64,000 nucleotides of DNA. It comes from Oscillospiraceae bacterium. GTDB lineage: Bacteria > Bacillota > Clostridia > Oscillospirales > Oscillospiraceae. The DNA lies in contig SVMC01000001.1 of the NCBI GenBank assembly GCA_015067585.1, forward strand, positions 33,876-97,875, read 5' to 3'. Both the position numbers and the translations under genes were made by a program. Positions 1-9,333 of the stretch are shown here, piece by piece. The notes below the pieces were generated by a model. The model ran no database searches. It was given only the letters and a program-made list of their open reading frames with translations, and was not told where the DNA came from. The stretch's first letter is position 1; each line of letters opens with the position of its first letter.

Positions 1-729
1 GTGGAGGAGACCACCAGCCTTTCCACCATCAACCGCATCGGTCAGCGCCGCTATCTGACGGTAAGCGCCCAGCTGGAAGAGGGTTATAATGTCACCCTGC
101 TGACCGAGCAGGCCGAGACCGCCATGAAGAACGCAGAGCTGGGCGACGGCGTCAGCTACGCCTTCACCGGCGAGAACGAGATGATCATGGAGGCCATGGA
201 GCAGCTCATGCTCATGCTGCTGCTGGGCATCCTGTTGGTGTACCTTATCATGGTAGCCCAGTTCCAGTCCCTGAAGTCCCCCTTCATCGTCATGTTCACC
301 ATTCCTCTGGCCTTCACCGGCGGCTTCCTTGCCCTGCTGCTCTGCGGCATGGAGCTGAGCGTCATTTCCATGATCGGCTTTGTTATGCTGGTGGGCATCA
401 TCGTCAACAACGGTATCGTACTGGTGGATTACATCAATCAGCTTCGTCTGGAAGGTGTGGACCGTCGGGAAGCCATCGTGGAAGCGGGCGTCACCAGAAT
501 GCGCCCCATCCTGATGACCACCCTCACCACCATCCTGGGTCAGCTGGTTATGGCACTGAGTGGCGATATGGGCGCGGTTATGATGCGTCCCATCGTCGTG
601 GTCAGCATCGGCGGCTTGCTGTATGCCACCCTGATGACCCTCTTCGTGGTTCCCTGCATCTACGATATGCTCAATAAAAAAGACCTCCGCAAGATCAGCG
701 AAGAAGATCTGGAGATCCTGAATATCTGA
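1..729 (+). CDS. RND-family (AcrB/AcrD/AcrF-type) efflux permease, C-terminal part; the 5' end lies outside the window
   Basis: The ORF is open from base 1. The translated C-terminal TM bundle (LVGIIVNNGIVLVDYINQLR, MRPILMTTLTTILG) is typical of HAE1 RND pumps. The stop is at 727-729. Confidence 0.85.
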   Translation: MEETTSLSTINRIGQRRYLTVSAQLEEGYNVTLLTEQAETAMKNAELGDGVSYAFTGENEMIMEAMEQLMLMLLLGILLVYLIMVAQFQSLKSPFIVMFTIPLAFTGGFLALLLCGMELSVISMIGFVMLVGIIVNNGIVLVDYINQLRLEGVDRREAIVEAGVTRMRPILMTTLTTILGQLVMALSGDMGAVMMRPIVVVSIGGLLYATLMTLFVVPCIYDMLNKKDLRKISEEDLEILNI

Positions 730-735
730 TTGCCC

Positions 736-762
736 GGGCGCGCCGCAAAAACCGGCGCGCCC
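736..762 (+). terminator. GC-rich hairpin after the RND gene (gggcgcgccg / cggcgcgccc)
   Basis: Perfect 10-bp inverted repeat with a 7-nt loop, read directly. No clear U-tract follows. Confidence 0.45.
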
Positions 763-868
763 CTGTACTTACAAAGGAAATCGCTGCGCATCCGGACGGG
801 AAAGCCTGCAGAGCAGCGCAAGCGAACGCATAAAATGGATTTGTGTTCGCTTTAGTTTGAACAAAAGC

Positions 869-898
869 TTGAATCTGAGGGGCCTTCTGTGGTATACT
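869..898 (+). promoter_or_regulatory. Sigma-A-like promoter: TTGAAT, 18-nt spacer, TGgTATACT (extended -10)
   Basis: Hexamers read directly. They lie about 20 nt upstream of the AGGAGG RBS at 905-910. Confidence 0.5.
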
Positions 899-918
899 CA
901 GAAAAAGGAGGAATTCCG

Positions 919-1323
919 GTGGCTGAGAAAGCTCCATCCACGCAATTTTCTTTCATCGAACATGAGCGGGATATCCGGCATTTTTTGAAGCACACAAACG
1001 GCCTGCACGACGGATATCTGATCGGCGTCCAATACACCCACTCCGGGCATAGTCCGGGAAATCCCGGCATTACAGATTTGCTTCATAACACGCTCACACT
1101 GCAGATCCTTGTGACCAGTCTGTGTGATGCGGTGGTGGAGCTGGTATTTCAGGGGATCGCGGAATGGCGGATCAAGGATGACCAATGGGACATGACCGAT
1201 GCAGCCCTCAGTTTTACAAAGGATGGCGCCATCCTTTGGGCAGATGATGTTTCTTTGCTTCACGACAGGTCCTTAGACCGTTCCTATGTTGTGGCGCAAA
1301 GCATGAAATGGCGCATGAAATAG
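919..1323 (+). CDS. Hypothetical protein (about 134 aa); GTG start preferred over the track start at 889
   Basis: AGGAGG lies 8 nt upstream of the in-frame GTG at 919. No family was recognised. Confidence 0.5.
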   Translation: MAEKAPSTQFSFIEHERDIRHFLKHTNGLHDGYLIGVQYTHSGHSPGNPGITDLLHNTLTLQILVTSLCDAVVELVFQGIAEWRIKDDQWDMTDAALSFTKDGAILWADDVSLLHDRSLDRSYVVAQSMKWRMK

Positions 1324-1353
1324 CAAAATTTTTCCGAAACAGGAGAATACAAT

Positions 1354-2529
1354 ATGAACAACTTTACATTTTACTCCCCCACCTTCTTTGCCTTCGGCAA
1401 GGATACGGAGCATGATGCGGGCTGCTATGTCAAGCGCTTCGGCGGCACCCGTGTGCTGATCCACTACGGTGGAGGCAGCGTGATCCGCTCCGGACTTCTG
1501 GACCGGGTGAAGGCTTCCCTGGACCGGGAAGGTATCCCCTATGTCCTGCTGGGCGGCGTCAAGCCCAACCCCAGAAGCGGCCTGGTGTATGAAGGCATCG
1601 AGCTTTGCAAGAAAGAGGGTGTGGACTTCATTCTGGCCGTTGGTGGCGGCAGTACCATCGACTCTGCCAAGGCCATTGCCGCCGGCGTGGTATACGAGGG
1701 CGACTTCTGGGACTTCTACTGCGGCAAGCGGATCGAAAAGGCCCTGCCCATCGGCACCATTCTGACCATTGCCGCCGCAGGCAGCGAAGGCAGCCCCGAC
1801 ACCGTCATCACCAATGAGAATGGTATGTTCAAGCGTGGTGCCACCGGTGATGCTGTCCGTCCCAAGTTCAGCATCCTGAACCCCGCTCTGACCCAGACAC
1901 TCAGCCCCTATCAGACCGCCTGCGGCATCACCGATATCATAGCCCATCTGTATGAGCGCTATCTCACCAACACCCCCGAGGTGGAGGTCACCGACCGTCT
2001 CATCGAGGCGCTGCTGCTGACCATGGTGCATGAAGGCCCCCGGGTCATTGCCGATCCCAACAACTACGAAGCCCGCGCCAACATCATGTGGGCAGGCATG
2101 ATGGCCCACAACAATTCCTGCGGCGTCGGCCGCAGTCAGGACTGGACCAGCCACGATGTGGAGCATGAGCTTTCTGCCCTGTATGATTGCGCCCACGGCG
2201 CCGGTCTGGCGGTCACTCTGCCCGCCATGTTCACCTATGTGATGGAGCATGATGTGATGCGCTTCGCGCAGGTCGCGGTACGGGTCTGGGGCTGCCAGAT
2301 GGACTTCGCCCACCCCGAGGTCACCGCAAAGGCCGGCATCGAGGCCCTGAAGAAGTTCCTGGTCTCCATCGGCATGCCCGTGAGCTTCTCCCAGCTGGGC
2401 GCAAAGGAAGAGGATATCCCCAAGCTGGTGGATGTGCTGTGCAACGGCAATGGCAGACCCGGCTATATCGAAGGCTTTACCAAGCTGAACGAAGCGGACT
2501 GCACCAGAATCTATCAGCTCATGGTGTGA
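1354..2529 (+). CDS. Iron-containing (group III) alcohol dehydrogenase, butanol dehydrogenase/YqhD-like
   Basis: 391 aa. N-terminus MNNFTFYSPT..FGKD, a GGGS(T/V)ID glycine motif and conserved His clusters (HxxxH) are typical of the Fe-ADH family. Confidence 0.9.
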   Translation: MNNFTFYSPTFFAFGKDTEHDAGCYVKRFGGTRVLIHYGGGSVIRSGLLDRVKASLDREGIPYVLLGGVKPNPRSGLVYEGIELCKKEGVDFILAVGGGSTIDSAKAIAAGVVYEGDFWDFYCGKRIEKALPIGTILTIAAAGSEGSPDTVITNENGMFKRGATGDAVRPKFSILNPALTQTLSPYQTACGITDIIAHLYERYLTNTPEVEVTDRLIEALLLTMVHEGPRVIADPNNYEARANIMWAGMMAHNNSCGVGRSQDWTSHDVEHELSALYDCAHGAGLAVTLPAMFTYVMEHDVMRFAQVAVRVWGCQMDFAHPEVTAKAGIEALKKFLVSIGMPVSFSQLGAKEEDIPKLVDVLCNGNGRPGYIEGFTKLNEADCTRIYQLMV

Positions 2530-2553
2530 TCTGAATAAAACGGAGGGATCCAT

Positions 2554-3429
2554 ATGAGAAAGCTGTCTATTCTAAGAACCAAAAGCTTTGTGGCCTCCGC
2601 CATGAAAATGACGGTCTATATTGAAGATCAGGAATACGGCGATGTGGTGATCAACGGTGTTCCCTGCCAAAAGCTGGGCGTGCTGCCCAATGGCGAGGCG
2701 GGAGAATTCTACATCAGCACCATTGCGGCGAAGGTCTTCGTCATTGCGGACAAGCTGAGCAAGAGCTACTGCTATGACTACTACTGTCTGCCCGAGGGCG
2801 AGGAGGACATTTACCTCAGCGGTAAGAATAAGTTCAATCCCATGGCGGGCAACCCCTTCCGCTTTGACGGCGTGGAGGACCCCGAGGTACTGGAAAGCCG
2901 GAAGCAGGCGGACAAAAAGGGCCTGATCGTGATGGTTGCCGCTGTGGCGGCGGGTATCTTGCTGGGTCTTGGCATTTTCCTTCTGGCCACCGGTCTTGGC
3001 GGGGGCAAGCAGGAGTTTACCGCTGATGGGCTTAGTATCACCCTGACGAAGGACTATCAGGAGATTCCCGGTACAGGCTTCACCCTGTGCTGTGAAGGCC
3101 CGGAGGCAGCCATGTTCGCCCTGAAGGAGGAATTCTCCCTGATGGCGGGCCTTGAAAACTACAGCGTAGAGCAATATGCGGAAACCGTGCAGCAGAATAA
3201 CCCCCTGGCAGCCGGCGCAACACTGCAGACCGAGGGAGACCTCAATTGGTTTGAGTATTCTTATCAGAATCCCGGCGAAGAAGAACCCTATCATTTCCGG
3301 GTCTATGTATTTAAGAGTGACGATGCCTTCTGGATGGTGCAGTTCGCTGCCCCGGAGGCACAGGCAGAAGAAAATGCCGGTCAGTTCACAAAATGGGCAA
3401 ACACCGTCAGCTTCACTGACGATAATTAA
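2554..3429 (+). CDS. Hypothetical single-pass membrane protein
   Basis: GGAGGG RBS. One central hydrophobic segment (LIVMVAAVAAGILLGLGIFLLATGL). The C-terminal domain loosely resembles those of the next two lipoproteins. Confidence 0.6.
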   Translation: MRKLSILRTKSFVASAMKMTVYIEDQEYGDVVINGVPCQKLGVLPNGEAGEFYISTIAAKVFVIADKLSKSYCYDYYCLPEGEEDIYLSGKNKFNPMAGNPFRFDGVEDPEVLESRKQADKKGLIVMVAAVAAGILLGLGIFLLATGLGGGKQEFTADGLSITLTKDYQEIPGTGFTLCCEGPEAAMFALKEEFSLMAGLENYSVEQYAETVQQNNPLAAGATLQTEGDLNWFEYSYQNPGEEEPYHFRVYVFKSDDAFWMVQFAAPEAQAEENAGQFTKWANTVSFTDDN

Positions 3430-3441
3430 GGAGGAACGATT

Positions 3442-4113
3442 ATGAATTACCGTAGATTTTTTGCCATTCTTCTCGCTGCAGCAATGCTGCTGGCCCTGTT
3501 CACCGGCTGCGGCAAGAAGAACGAAGAGAGCGCAGCAAGCAATCAGCCTGTACAGTATCCCGGTGAGATCGCAGCCGAGAATGAAACGGATTATATCGGC
3601 ACTGTTGCTGAAAATACTTATACCAACCCCTATTTCGGCATTAGCTGTGAAGCCCCCGAAGGCTGGTCCTTCTATGACGAAGAGACCATTCTGGCAACCA
3701 TGGGCTATGCCACTGACAAGCTGGGCAGCGATATGGGCGACGGCTTCCTGGAACTGCTGGAAACCAGCGGCACCGCCTGCGTCATGGTCATGGCCGGTCC
3801 CGAAGGCGAAAGTGCCAATGTTGTTGTGCAGCAGACCCAGCCTGCCATGCTGGGCATCGATGATGACGCTCTGTACCCCATGCTGGTTCCCTCTCTGGAA
3901 AGCCAGTACGAGCAGATGGGCCTTGAGACAGAAGTCAGCATCGGTACCGCCACTTTCCTCGGCGAAGCGCGTGATGCCATCTGCACCACTTACGCCAGCA
4001 CAGGCATGATCCAGAAGCAGATCTACATCATCAATGACCTGTATTCCGGCATTGTCACCGCTTCCGCCTATGACGAAGCCACTGTCGATGCCATTATGGC
4101 CATGTTCCATTGA
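3442..4113 (+). CDS. Putative lipoprotein (lipobox LFTGC)
   Basis: AAGGAGG RBS. Signal peptide ends in LFTG-C. Shares the motif EGWSFYDEET with the downstream paralog. Confidence 0.7.
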   Translation: MNYRRFFAILLAAAMLLALFTGCGKKNEESAASNQPVQYPGEIAAENETDYIGTVAENTYTNPYFGISCEAPEGWSFYDEETILATMGYATDKLGSDMGDGFLELLETSGTACVMVMAGPEGESANVVVQQTQPAMLGIDDDALYPMLVPSLESQYEQMGLETEVSIGTATFLGEARDAICTTYASTGMIQKQIYIINDLYSGIVTASAYDEATVDAIMAMFH

Positions 4114-4129
4114 GCCGGGAGTTTGACCT

Positions 4130-4789
4130 ATGCAGAAAAAAAGACAGATATCCGTTATTCTGATCGTTGTGATGCTTCTTGGCCTGCTGGCAGGCTGCGG
4201 TAAGGATGCGGAAAATACCCCCAAAGACAGCCCTGTCAACGAAGCGGCAGAAACTGCCGGAACAGTTGCTTCTGCGCCGGAAGCAGACAGCGAAGCAGAT
4301 ACGGATGAATCCGCTGCGGAGGAAGCTGTGCCCGATATCCTCGCGGAAACCGAAACCTATTATAACGAAGAATTCGGCTTCGGTTTCGCCGTTGAAGGCT
4401 GGTCCTTCTATGATGAGGAGACTCTGAAGGCGCAGACGGACGCCAACTATGTCATGGCAGCGGCAAACAACGCCGGCGAGACGGTAAGCGTTGCCATTCA
4501 GGACACCCCTGCGGAGTACAAAGGCCTCACTGAGGAGGAACTCTACTTCCTGCTTCTGATGACTGAGCAGCCCAAACTGCAGGAGATCGGCATGCCTGAT
4601 ACAAGCATCGAAGTCGATACCACGGAATTCCTCGGAAGTGAATGTTCCGCACTGCATTCCATTCTGGGCTCCGTCAGTGTGGAACAGAAGCGGATCTATC
4701 TGGTGCAGGACGAGCAGACCTGTGTCATTACGGTTACCTCTGCCAACGAAGAGGCTGTTGATGTCATTATGGGTCTGTTCCATCACTGA
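4130..4789 (+). CDS. Putative lipoprotein, paralog of 3442..4113 (lipobox LLAGC)
   Basis: Signal peptide plus LAG-C. Shares EGWSFYDEETL and a C-terminal EA(T)VD.IM..FH block with the upstream gene. Confidence 0.7.
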   Translation: MQKKRQISVILIVVMLLGLLAGCGKDAENTPKDSPVNEAAETAGTVASAPEADSEADTDESAAEEAVPDILAETETYYNEEFGFGFAVEGWSFYDEETLKAQTDANYVMAAANNAGETVSVAIQDTPAEYKGLTEEELYFLLLMTEQPKLQEIGMPDTSIEVDTTEFLGSECSALHSILGSVSVEQKRIYLVQDEQTCVITVTSANEEAVDVIMGLFHH

Positions 4790-4816
4790 GCATTTCGCAG
4801 TCATTTCATAAACAGA

Positions 4817-4852
4817 ACCCCCGGGCGGCCGTTCGATCGGTCACCCGGGGGT
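4817..4852. terminator. Hairpin between convergent genes (acccccggg ... cccgggggt)
   Basis: 9-bp GC stem with an 18-nt loop, read directly, between the stop at 4789 (+) and the stop at 4891 (-). Confidence 0.45.
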
Positions 4853-4890
4853 GTTTGCGATGGATGGGATTTTGTGGATCACGGTGCCTT

Positions 4891-6264
4891 TTATGCTGCG
4901 ATCATGTCAAGGAACCGCATGATAAGGCTCGCAGTCTGTGCGCGGGTGGCAGATTGCCGGGGACAGAGATACACCGCTTCGTCCCGGGGAATGCCGTTGA
5001 TCAGGTCGGTCTCGGTGGCCCAGCACAGGGCTTCCCTGGCATAGGAACCGACTTCCTCCCCGTCCGGGAAGGCTTCCAGTGTGCCCTCGGATGCAGCCGC
5101 CCCGCTGCAGCGGTACAAAATGGTGGCAAGCTGTTCCCGGGTGAGCACATCTCCGGGCAGGAAGCGGCCGTCTCCCACACCGTTCACGATGCCATTGTCT
5201 GCAGCCCATTCTACTGCTTTGGAGTACCATTGACCTTCCGGGACATCGGAAAAAGCGCCGGAGTGTTCCACTGCAGGGCTGCCGGCCGCACGGTAGAGGA
5301 TGGTGACAAGCTGCGCCCGGGTCATATTGCCCTGAGGCAGGAACAGATCTTCCCGCACACCCTTCATAAGACCCCGCGCCACGCAGTAGTCAATGCCGGG
5401 ATGCGCCCAATTTCGCCAATCAGGGGTATCGGAAAAGCCGTGGCAGGGACAGGTTTCGTCGCCGTCACAGGGCTTTGGCTTGCCGTTTGGTTCTACCACG
5501 GGAAGCTCCCCAAACCAGTAATTCTCATCGATCTCACCTTTGATGCCGTCGATGATGCCGGTGCTGGAAAACTGCCACATGCCATACGCCCGGTCATATT
5601 CGGGGAATTCATCCGACCATACTGCGATCCAGCGATCCCAGGCGTCGTACTCCGGGGCGTTCAGCCGGTCTATCCACCAGTTGTAGAAGGTGTAGACGCC
5701 GGCGGTATAGCCCGCTTCTTCGATGGCTTCGCAGAAAACGGTGACATGGCGCAGAATTTGCTCGTCGCTGAGGGTGGCTACGGTACCCATGTCCTCAAGA
5801 TCGAGATAAATGGGAAGGGTGGGGTTGTGTCCCTCCAAAAGCCGCAGTACATGCTGGGCTTCACTGAGGGCGTTTTCCTCACTGAGCGCATAGGAGTAAA
5901 GGTAGACTCCGTAGGGAATGCCCAGACGCTCACAGGCATCGGCATTGCGGTGCCAGTATTCATCATCCTGAGAGGTCCGGTTCTGACCGTAGCCGCAGCG
6001 GATGATGGCAAAGTCGATCTGATCTGCTGCCGTATCCCAGTCGATCATGCCCTGCCAACAGCTTACATCAATTCCGTACTTCGCTCCCTCCGGGCGCTCT
6101 TCCGGGGCAGCCTTGCCGTTGCCCTTCGGCATATCCTGCAGGGGCATATTTTCACCGGCCACGCCCCGTCCTGTGACCGGATCATCGCCGGCAACCACAG
6201 GCAATGCCAGCAATATTGCCAGGACCAAAACTACAGCCAACAGCCGCAGACTTCTTCTGATCAT
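4891..6264 (-). CDS. GH25 muramidase (lysozyme) with C-terminal SLH domains
   Basis: Signal peptide. The GH25 start motif is GIDVSCWQG.IDW....QIDFAIIRCGYG. The C-terminus carries repeated SLH-like F(S/P)D(V/T)......A(V/L).W....G(I/L)(V/M).G blocks. Confidence 0.85.
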   Translation of the reverse strand: MIRRSLRLLAVVLVLAILLALPVVAGDDPVTGRGVAGENMPLQDMPKGNGKAAPEERPEGAKYGIDVSCWQGMIDWDTAADQIDFAIIRCGYGQNRTSQDDEYWHRNADACERLGIPYGVYLYSYALSEENALSEAQHVLRLLEGHNPTLPIYLDLEDMGTVATLSDEQILRHVTVFCEAIEEAGYTAGVYTFYNWWIDRLNAPEYDAWDRWIAVWSDEFPEYDRAYGMWQFSSTGIIDGIKGEIDENYWFGELPVVEPNGKPKPCDGDETCPCHGFSDTPDWRNWAHPGIDYCVARGLMKGVREDLFLPQGNMTRAQLVTILYRAAGSPAVEHSGAFSDVPEGQWYSKAVEWAADNGIVNGVGDGRFLPGDVLTREQLATILYRCSGAAASEGTLEAFPDGEEVGSYAREALCWATETDLINGIPRDEAVYLCPRQSATRAQTASLIMRFLDMIAA

Positions 6265-6473
6265 AATATCCCTCTTTGTTTATGTATTATGCATACAGCA
6301 TATCATATATACCTTAGGCATAAATTATACAACATTTGTCAAGTTTTGGCTATATCTTTGTCTGTTTTTGCAACGATTCCTTTCTGCGTAAAACGGGGAT
6401 TCCGGTTGCAAAGCCGATGAAGCTATGCTATACTGATATTGTATGTATCTTTTTTGGAAGGCAGGCTGTTTTT

Positions 6474-7577
6474 ATGACGGAACGCATCACGCAAAAAACT
6501 CTGGCAGAATTTGAGGCTTTCAATCAGAGCCATCCCAAGGGCAATTTTGCCCAAAGCTCCTATTGGGCAAAGCAGAAGCCCATGTGGCACTGGGAGGCTG
6601 TGGCCTGCCGCGGGGAAGACGGCAAGATCAAGGGCACACTGTCCATGCTGATCCGAAAGGCTGTCTCTGCCCTTCCTTATTCTATTATGTACTGCTGCCG
6701 CGGCCCCGTGTGCGATCTGGACGATCACGACACCATCCGGGAGCTGGTGGAGGCCGCCAAGGAACTGGCCCGGGAGCATCACTGCTATGTGATCAAGATC
6801 GACCCGGATGTTCCCTCCTCCAACACGGAATTTTCGGATTACCTCCATTCCCTCGGCTTCAAGAGCAAGGAGGGCGGCGCGGCCTTTGAGGCCCTGCAGC
6901 CCCGCTATGTATTCCGCCTGAATCTTGAGGGGAAGACCGATGAGGAGCTTTTGGCCTCCTTCCATCAGAAGACCCGCTATAATATCCGTCTGGCGGCCCG
7001 CAAGGGTGTGGAAGTACGCATCTGCGGCAAGGAAATGATCCCCGCCTTTTCTGAACTGATGCTGGTCACCGGCGTCCGGGACGGCTTCGTCACCCGCCAG
7101 CCGGAATACTTTGCTAATATGCTGGACAACCTTGGCGAGCACTGCCGCCTGTATATGGCCTTCCATGAAGGCCAGCCCATCGCCGGAACCCTTGCCATCT
7201 GGTACGGCGACAAGGTGTGGTATCTCTACGGCGCCAGCTCCAACGAGCACCGCAACCTGATGCCCAACTATCTCCTGCAGTGGGAGATGATCCAGTGGGC
7301 CACGGAGAAAGGCTGCCGGATGTACGATTTCCGGGGCGTGCCCGGCCTTGTGCCGGAGGATCACCCCCTCTACGGCCTCGTGAAGTTCAAGCGGGGCTTC
7401 AATGGCGATTACACCGAATTCGTGGGCGAGATGGACATGGTCCTGAAGCCCTTCATCAACTGGGGCGCCACCGTAGGCTTCGATGCCCTGCGCTGGGTGC
7501 GTATGCGCCTGTATCTGCTGCGCCACCGGGATAAGAGGACCGATCATGTGAAGGGAACGCCCTCGAATCCCCAGTAA
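6474..7577 (+). CDS. FemAB-family peptidoglycan interpeptide-bridge aminoacyltransferase
   Basis: About 367 aa from the ATG at 6474 (the track ORF starts upstream at 6336). Typical FemAB N-terminus (F..F....P.GNF.QS..WA..K) and C-terminus (G...FK.GF.G). Confidence 0.8.
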   Translation: MTERITQKTLAEFEAFNQSHPKGNFAQSSYWAKQKPMWHWEAVACRGEDGKIKGTLSMLIRKAVSALPYSIMYCCRGPVCDLDDHDTIRELVEAAKELAREHHCYVIKIDPDVPSSNTEFSDYLHSLGFKSKEGGAAFEALQPRYVFRLNLEGKTDEELLASFHQKTRYNIRLAARKGVEVRICGKEMIPAFSELMLVTGVRDGFVTRQPEYFANMLDNLGEHCRLYMAFHEGQPIAGTLAIWYGDKVWYLYGASSNEHRNLMPNYLLQWEMIQWATEKGCRMYDFRGVPGLVPEDHPLYGLVKFKRGFNGDYTEFVGEMDMVLKPFINWGATVGFDALRWVRMRLYLLRHRDKRTDHVKGTPSNPQ

Positions 7578-7606
7578 AATTGCCCTTTGGGCAGGAGGTT
7601 TGCCGA

Positions 7607-8698
7607 ATGAAAGCCTATATTGTAGAAAAAGCATTGCTGACAGATAATATCGAAAAGCTCATCCGGCAGGCCGGGGACACCCCCATCTGGGCGGTGCTGA
7701 AGGGCAACGGCTACGGCCTTGGCTGCGTGCCCATGGCCCGCATCCTGTCCTCCTGCGGGGTGGAGCGCTTCTGCGTCACCGAGGTGAAGGAGGCAGTCAT
7801 GCTCCGGGAGGCCGGCTTTGCCGACAATCCCATCCTCATGCTGCGCCAGACCCAGGACCCGGAAGAGATCAACCTGATGCTGGACATGAACATCATCTTC
7901 ACCGTGGGTTCTTTAGACTGCGCCATGGTGCTGGGGGGCATTGCGGCCCAGCGTTCCGCTATGGCGGAGGTGCATCTCAAGATCGATACCGGCATGGGCC
8001 GCTACGGCTTCCTGCCCGAGCAGGTGGATCAGGCCATCCGGGTCTATGAATATCAGAAAAATATCGTGGTGGGCGGCATTTATACCCACTTCCATTCCGC
8101 TTTTGGCAATGACCACGCCACCCGGGAGCAGTTCCTGCGCTTCCGGCAGGTGGTGAAGGAGATCCAGGATGCGGGCTATGAGACGGGAACCGTCCACTGC
8201 TGCAATTCCTCCGCCTTCCTGCGGTATCCCGAGATGTACTGCGACGGTGTGCGCCTTGGCTCTGCCCTTTTGGGCCGCGTTGCTGTGCCCAACCGTCTGG
8301 CGCTGCGGCGCATCGGCTATGTGGAGGCGGATGTAGAGGAGATCCGCTGGCTGCCCGCCGGTGCCACCACCGGCTACACCGCCGCATGGAAGGCCAAGCG
8401 CCCCACTCAGGTGGCCATCCTCAGCGTGGGCTGGTTCCACGGCCTTGGTACGGAAAACGGCCACGACCTGTTCCGCGCCCGGGATTGCATCCGGGGCATC
8501 CTTCATTACTGCCGCATTCTGCTCACGGGAAAGAACCTCACCGTCCAGATCGGCGAGCACAGCTGCAAGGTTCTGGGCCGTGTAGGTATGCTCCACTGCG
8601 CCGTGGATGTCACCGGAACGGATATTAAGGTAGGCGACCACGCCATTGTGAACATTAACCCCTTGGTACAGAAGGGTATGAAGATCCTCTACCGGTGA
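7607..8698 (+). CDS. alr: Alanine racemase-family PLP enzyme
   Basis: AGGAGG lies 8 nt upstream of the ATG at 7607. The PLP-lysine motif AVLKGNGYGLG resembles the VKANAYGHG consensus. It lies 30 nt after the FemAB stop. Confidence 0.8.
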   Translation: MKAYIVEKALLTDNIEKLIRQAGDTPIWAVLKGNGYGLGCVPMARILSSCGVERFCVTEVKEAVMLREAGFADNPILMLRQTQDPEEINLMLDMNIIFTVGSLDCAMVLGGIAAQRSAMAEVHLKIDTGMGRYGFLPEQVDQAIRVYEYQKNIVVGGIYTHFHSAFGNDHATREQFLRFRQVVKEIQDAGYETGTVHCCNSSAFLRYPEMYCDGVRLGSALLGRVAVPNRLALRRIGYVEADVEEIRWLPAGATTGYTAAWKAKRPTQVAILSVGWFHGLGTENGHDLFRARDCIRGILHYCRILLTGKNLTVQIGEHSCKVLGRVGMLHCAVDVTGTDIKVGDHAIVNINPLVQKGMKILYR

Positions 8699-8707
8699 GC
8701 CGGCAGG

Positions 8708-8735
8708 GTCAATCAGGGGACGGTTCCCTGTTGAC
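8708..8735. repeat. REP-like palindromic unit (gtcaatcaggggacggttccctgttgac)
   Basis: One of seven units of the same roughly 29-bp palindrome in this window. It lies 10 nt after the alr stop. Confidence 0.9.
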
Positions 8736-8758
8736 ATACCGCAGAGAAAGGAAACACT

Positions 8759-9277
8759 ATGGAAAAGATTCGGGGGTTCTACCCTGTTTGGAAATGGTTT
8801 TTGCAGGAGCGGCTGCTGGATGAGGCGTCCCAGCGGGGGCTGCAGCTGAAAAAGGCCGGTTTATTTTCTGTGAGCTATGAATTCGACGATACGAAAGCCT
8901 GTCGTCACCGTATCATTGCCTGCGAGGCAGCCAAGGGCAGCGCCAGCCGGCTGCAGTTTGAGCTTGCGTGGCAGCGGGAAGGCTGGGAAAAGATATGCCG
9001 CAGGGGCAAGCTGCTGTATTACCGCAGTCCCGCGGAGAAAAACTGCGATGAGCCGAAGGAAAATGACCTTCTGATGGTGCTGCGCCGCAGCATCCATCGC
9101 TGGGAGGTGCTGCGGCTGTGGCTTTTGGTGCTGTCTGCCCTGTGCATCATTGCAGGCTACGCCATTGATCTGTTCTGGATCGTGCGGCTGAGTGTGATCC
9201 CCCTTGCCATTGCCCTGCTGCTGACCCTAATGATCGACCGGCTGCAGAAGGCCAAGGCACACTGTCCGGATGCATAA
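8759..9277 (+). CDS. DUF2812-like membrane protein (tentative)
   Basis: 172 aa. The N-terminal soluble part with W.L.E.L...S..G..L and two C-terminal TM segments resembles DUF2812 architecture. Confidence 0.5.
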   Translation: MEKIRGFYPVWKWFLQERLLDEASQRGLQLKKAGLFSVSYEFDDTKACRHRIIACEAAKGSASRLQFELAWQREGWEKICRRGKLLYYRSPAEKNCDEPKENDLLMVLRRSIHRWEVLRLWLLVLSALCIIAGYAIDLFWIVRLSVIPLAIALLLTLMIDRLQKAKAHCPDA

Positions 9278-9285
9278 GCATAAAC

Positions 9286-9323
9286 AAAAATGGCAGATCC
9301 CGAATCTGGGATCTGCCATTTTG
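9286..9323. terminator. Bidirectional intrinsic terminator (aaaaa tggcagatccc ... gggatctgcca tttt)
   Basis: 11-bp perfect stem flanked by an A-tract and a T-tract, between convergent genes. Confidence 0.8.
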
Positions 9324-9333
9324 CTTGAATAAA

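Noticed and set aside
1273-2553. Long antisense or alternative-frame ORFs throughout the track. Examples: 1273..2553(-), 2572..4239(-), 4855..6420(+), 6423..7634(-), 9325..10497(+), 11343..12596(-), 13195..14595(-), 20173..21978(-), 35446..36348(+), 53783..56242(+), 61687..62727(-).
   Set aside because: Each lies opposite or out of frame to a gene with clear family motifs. Their translations are low-complexity and rich in G, A, R, H and D, as expected for stop-poor frames in high-GC DNA. None has a convincing RBS.
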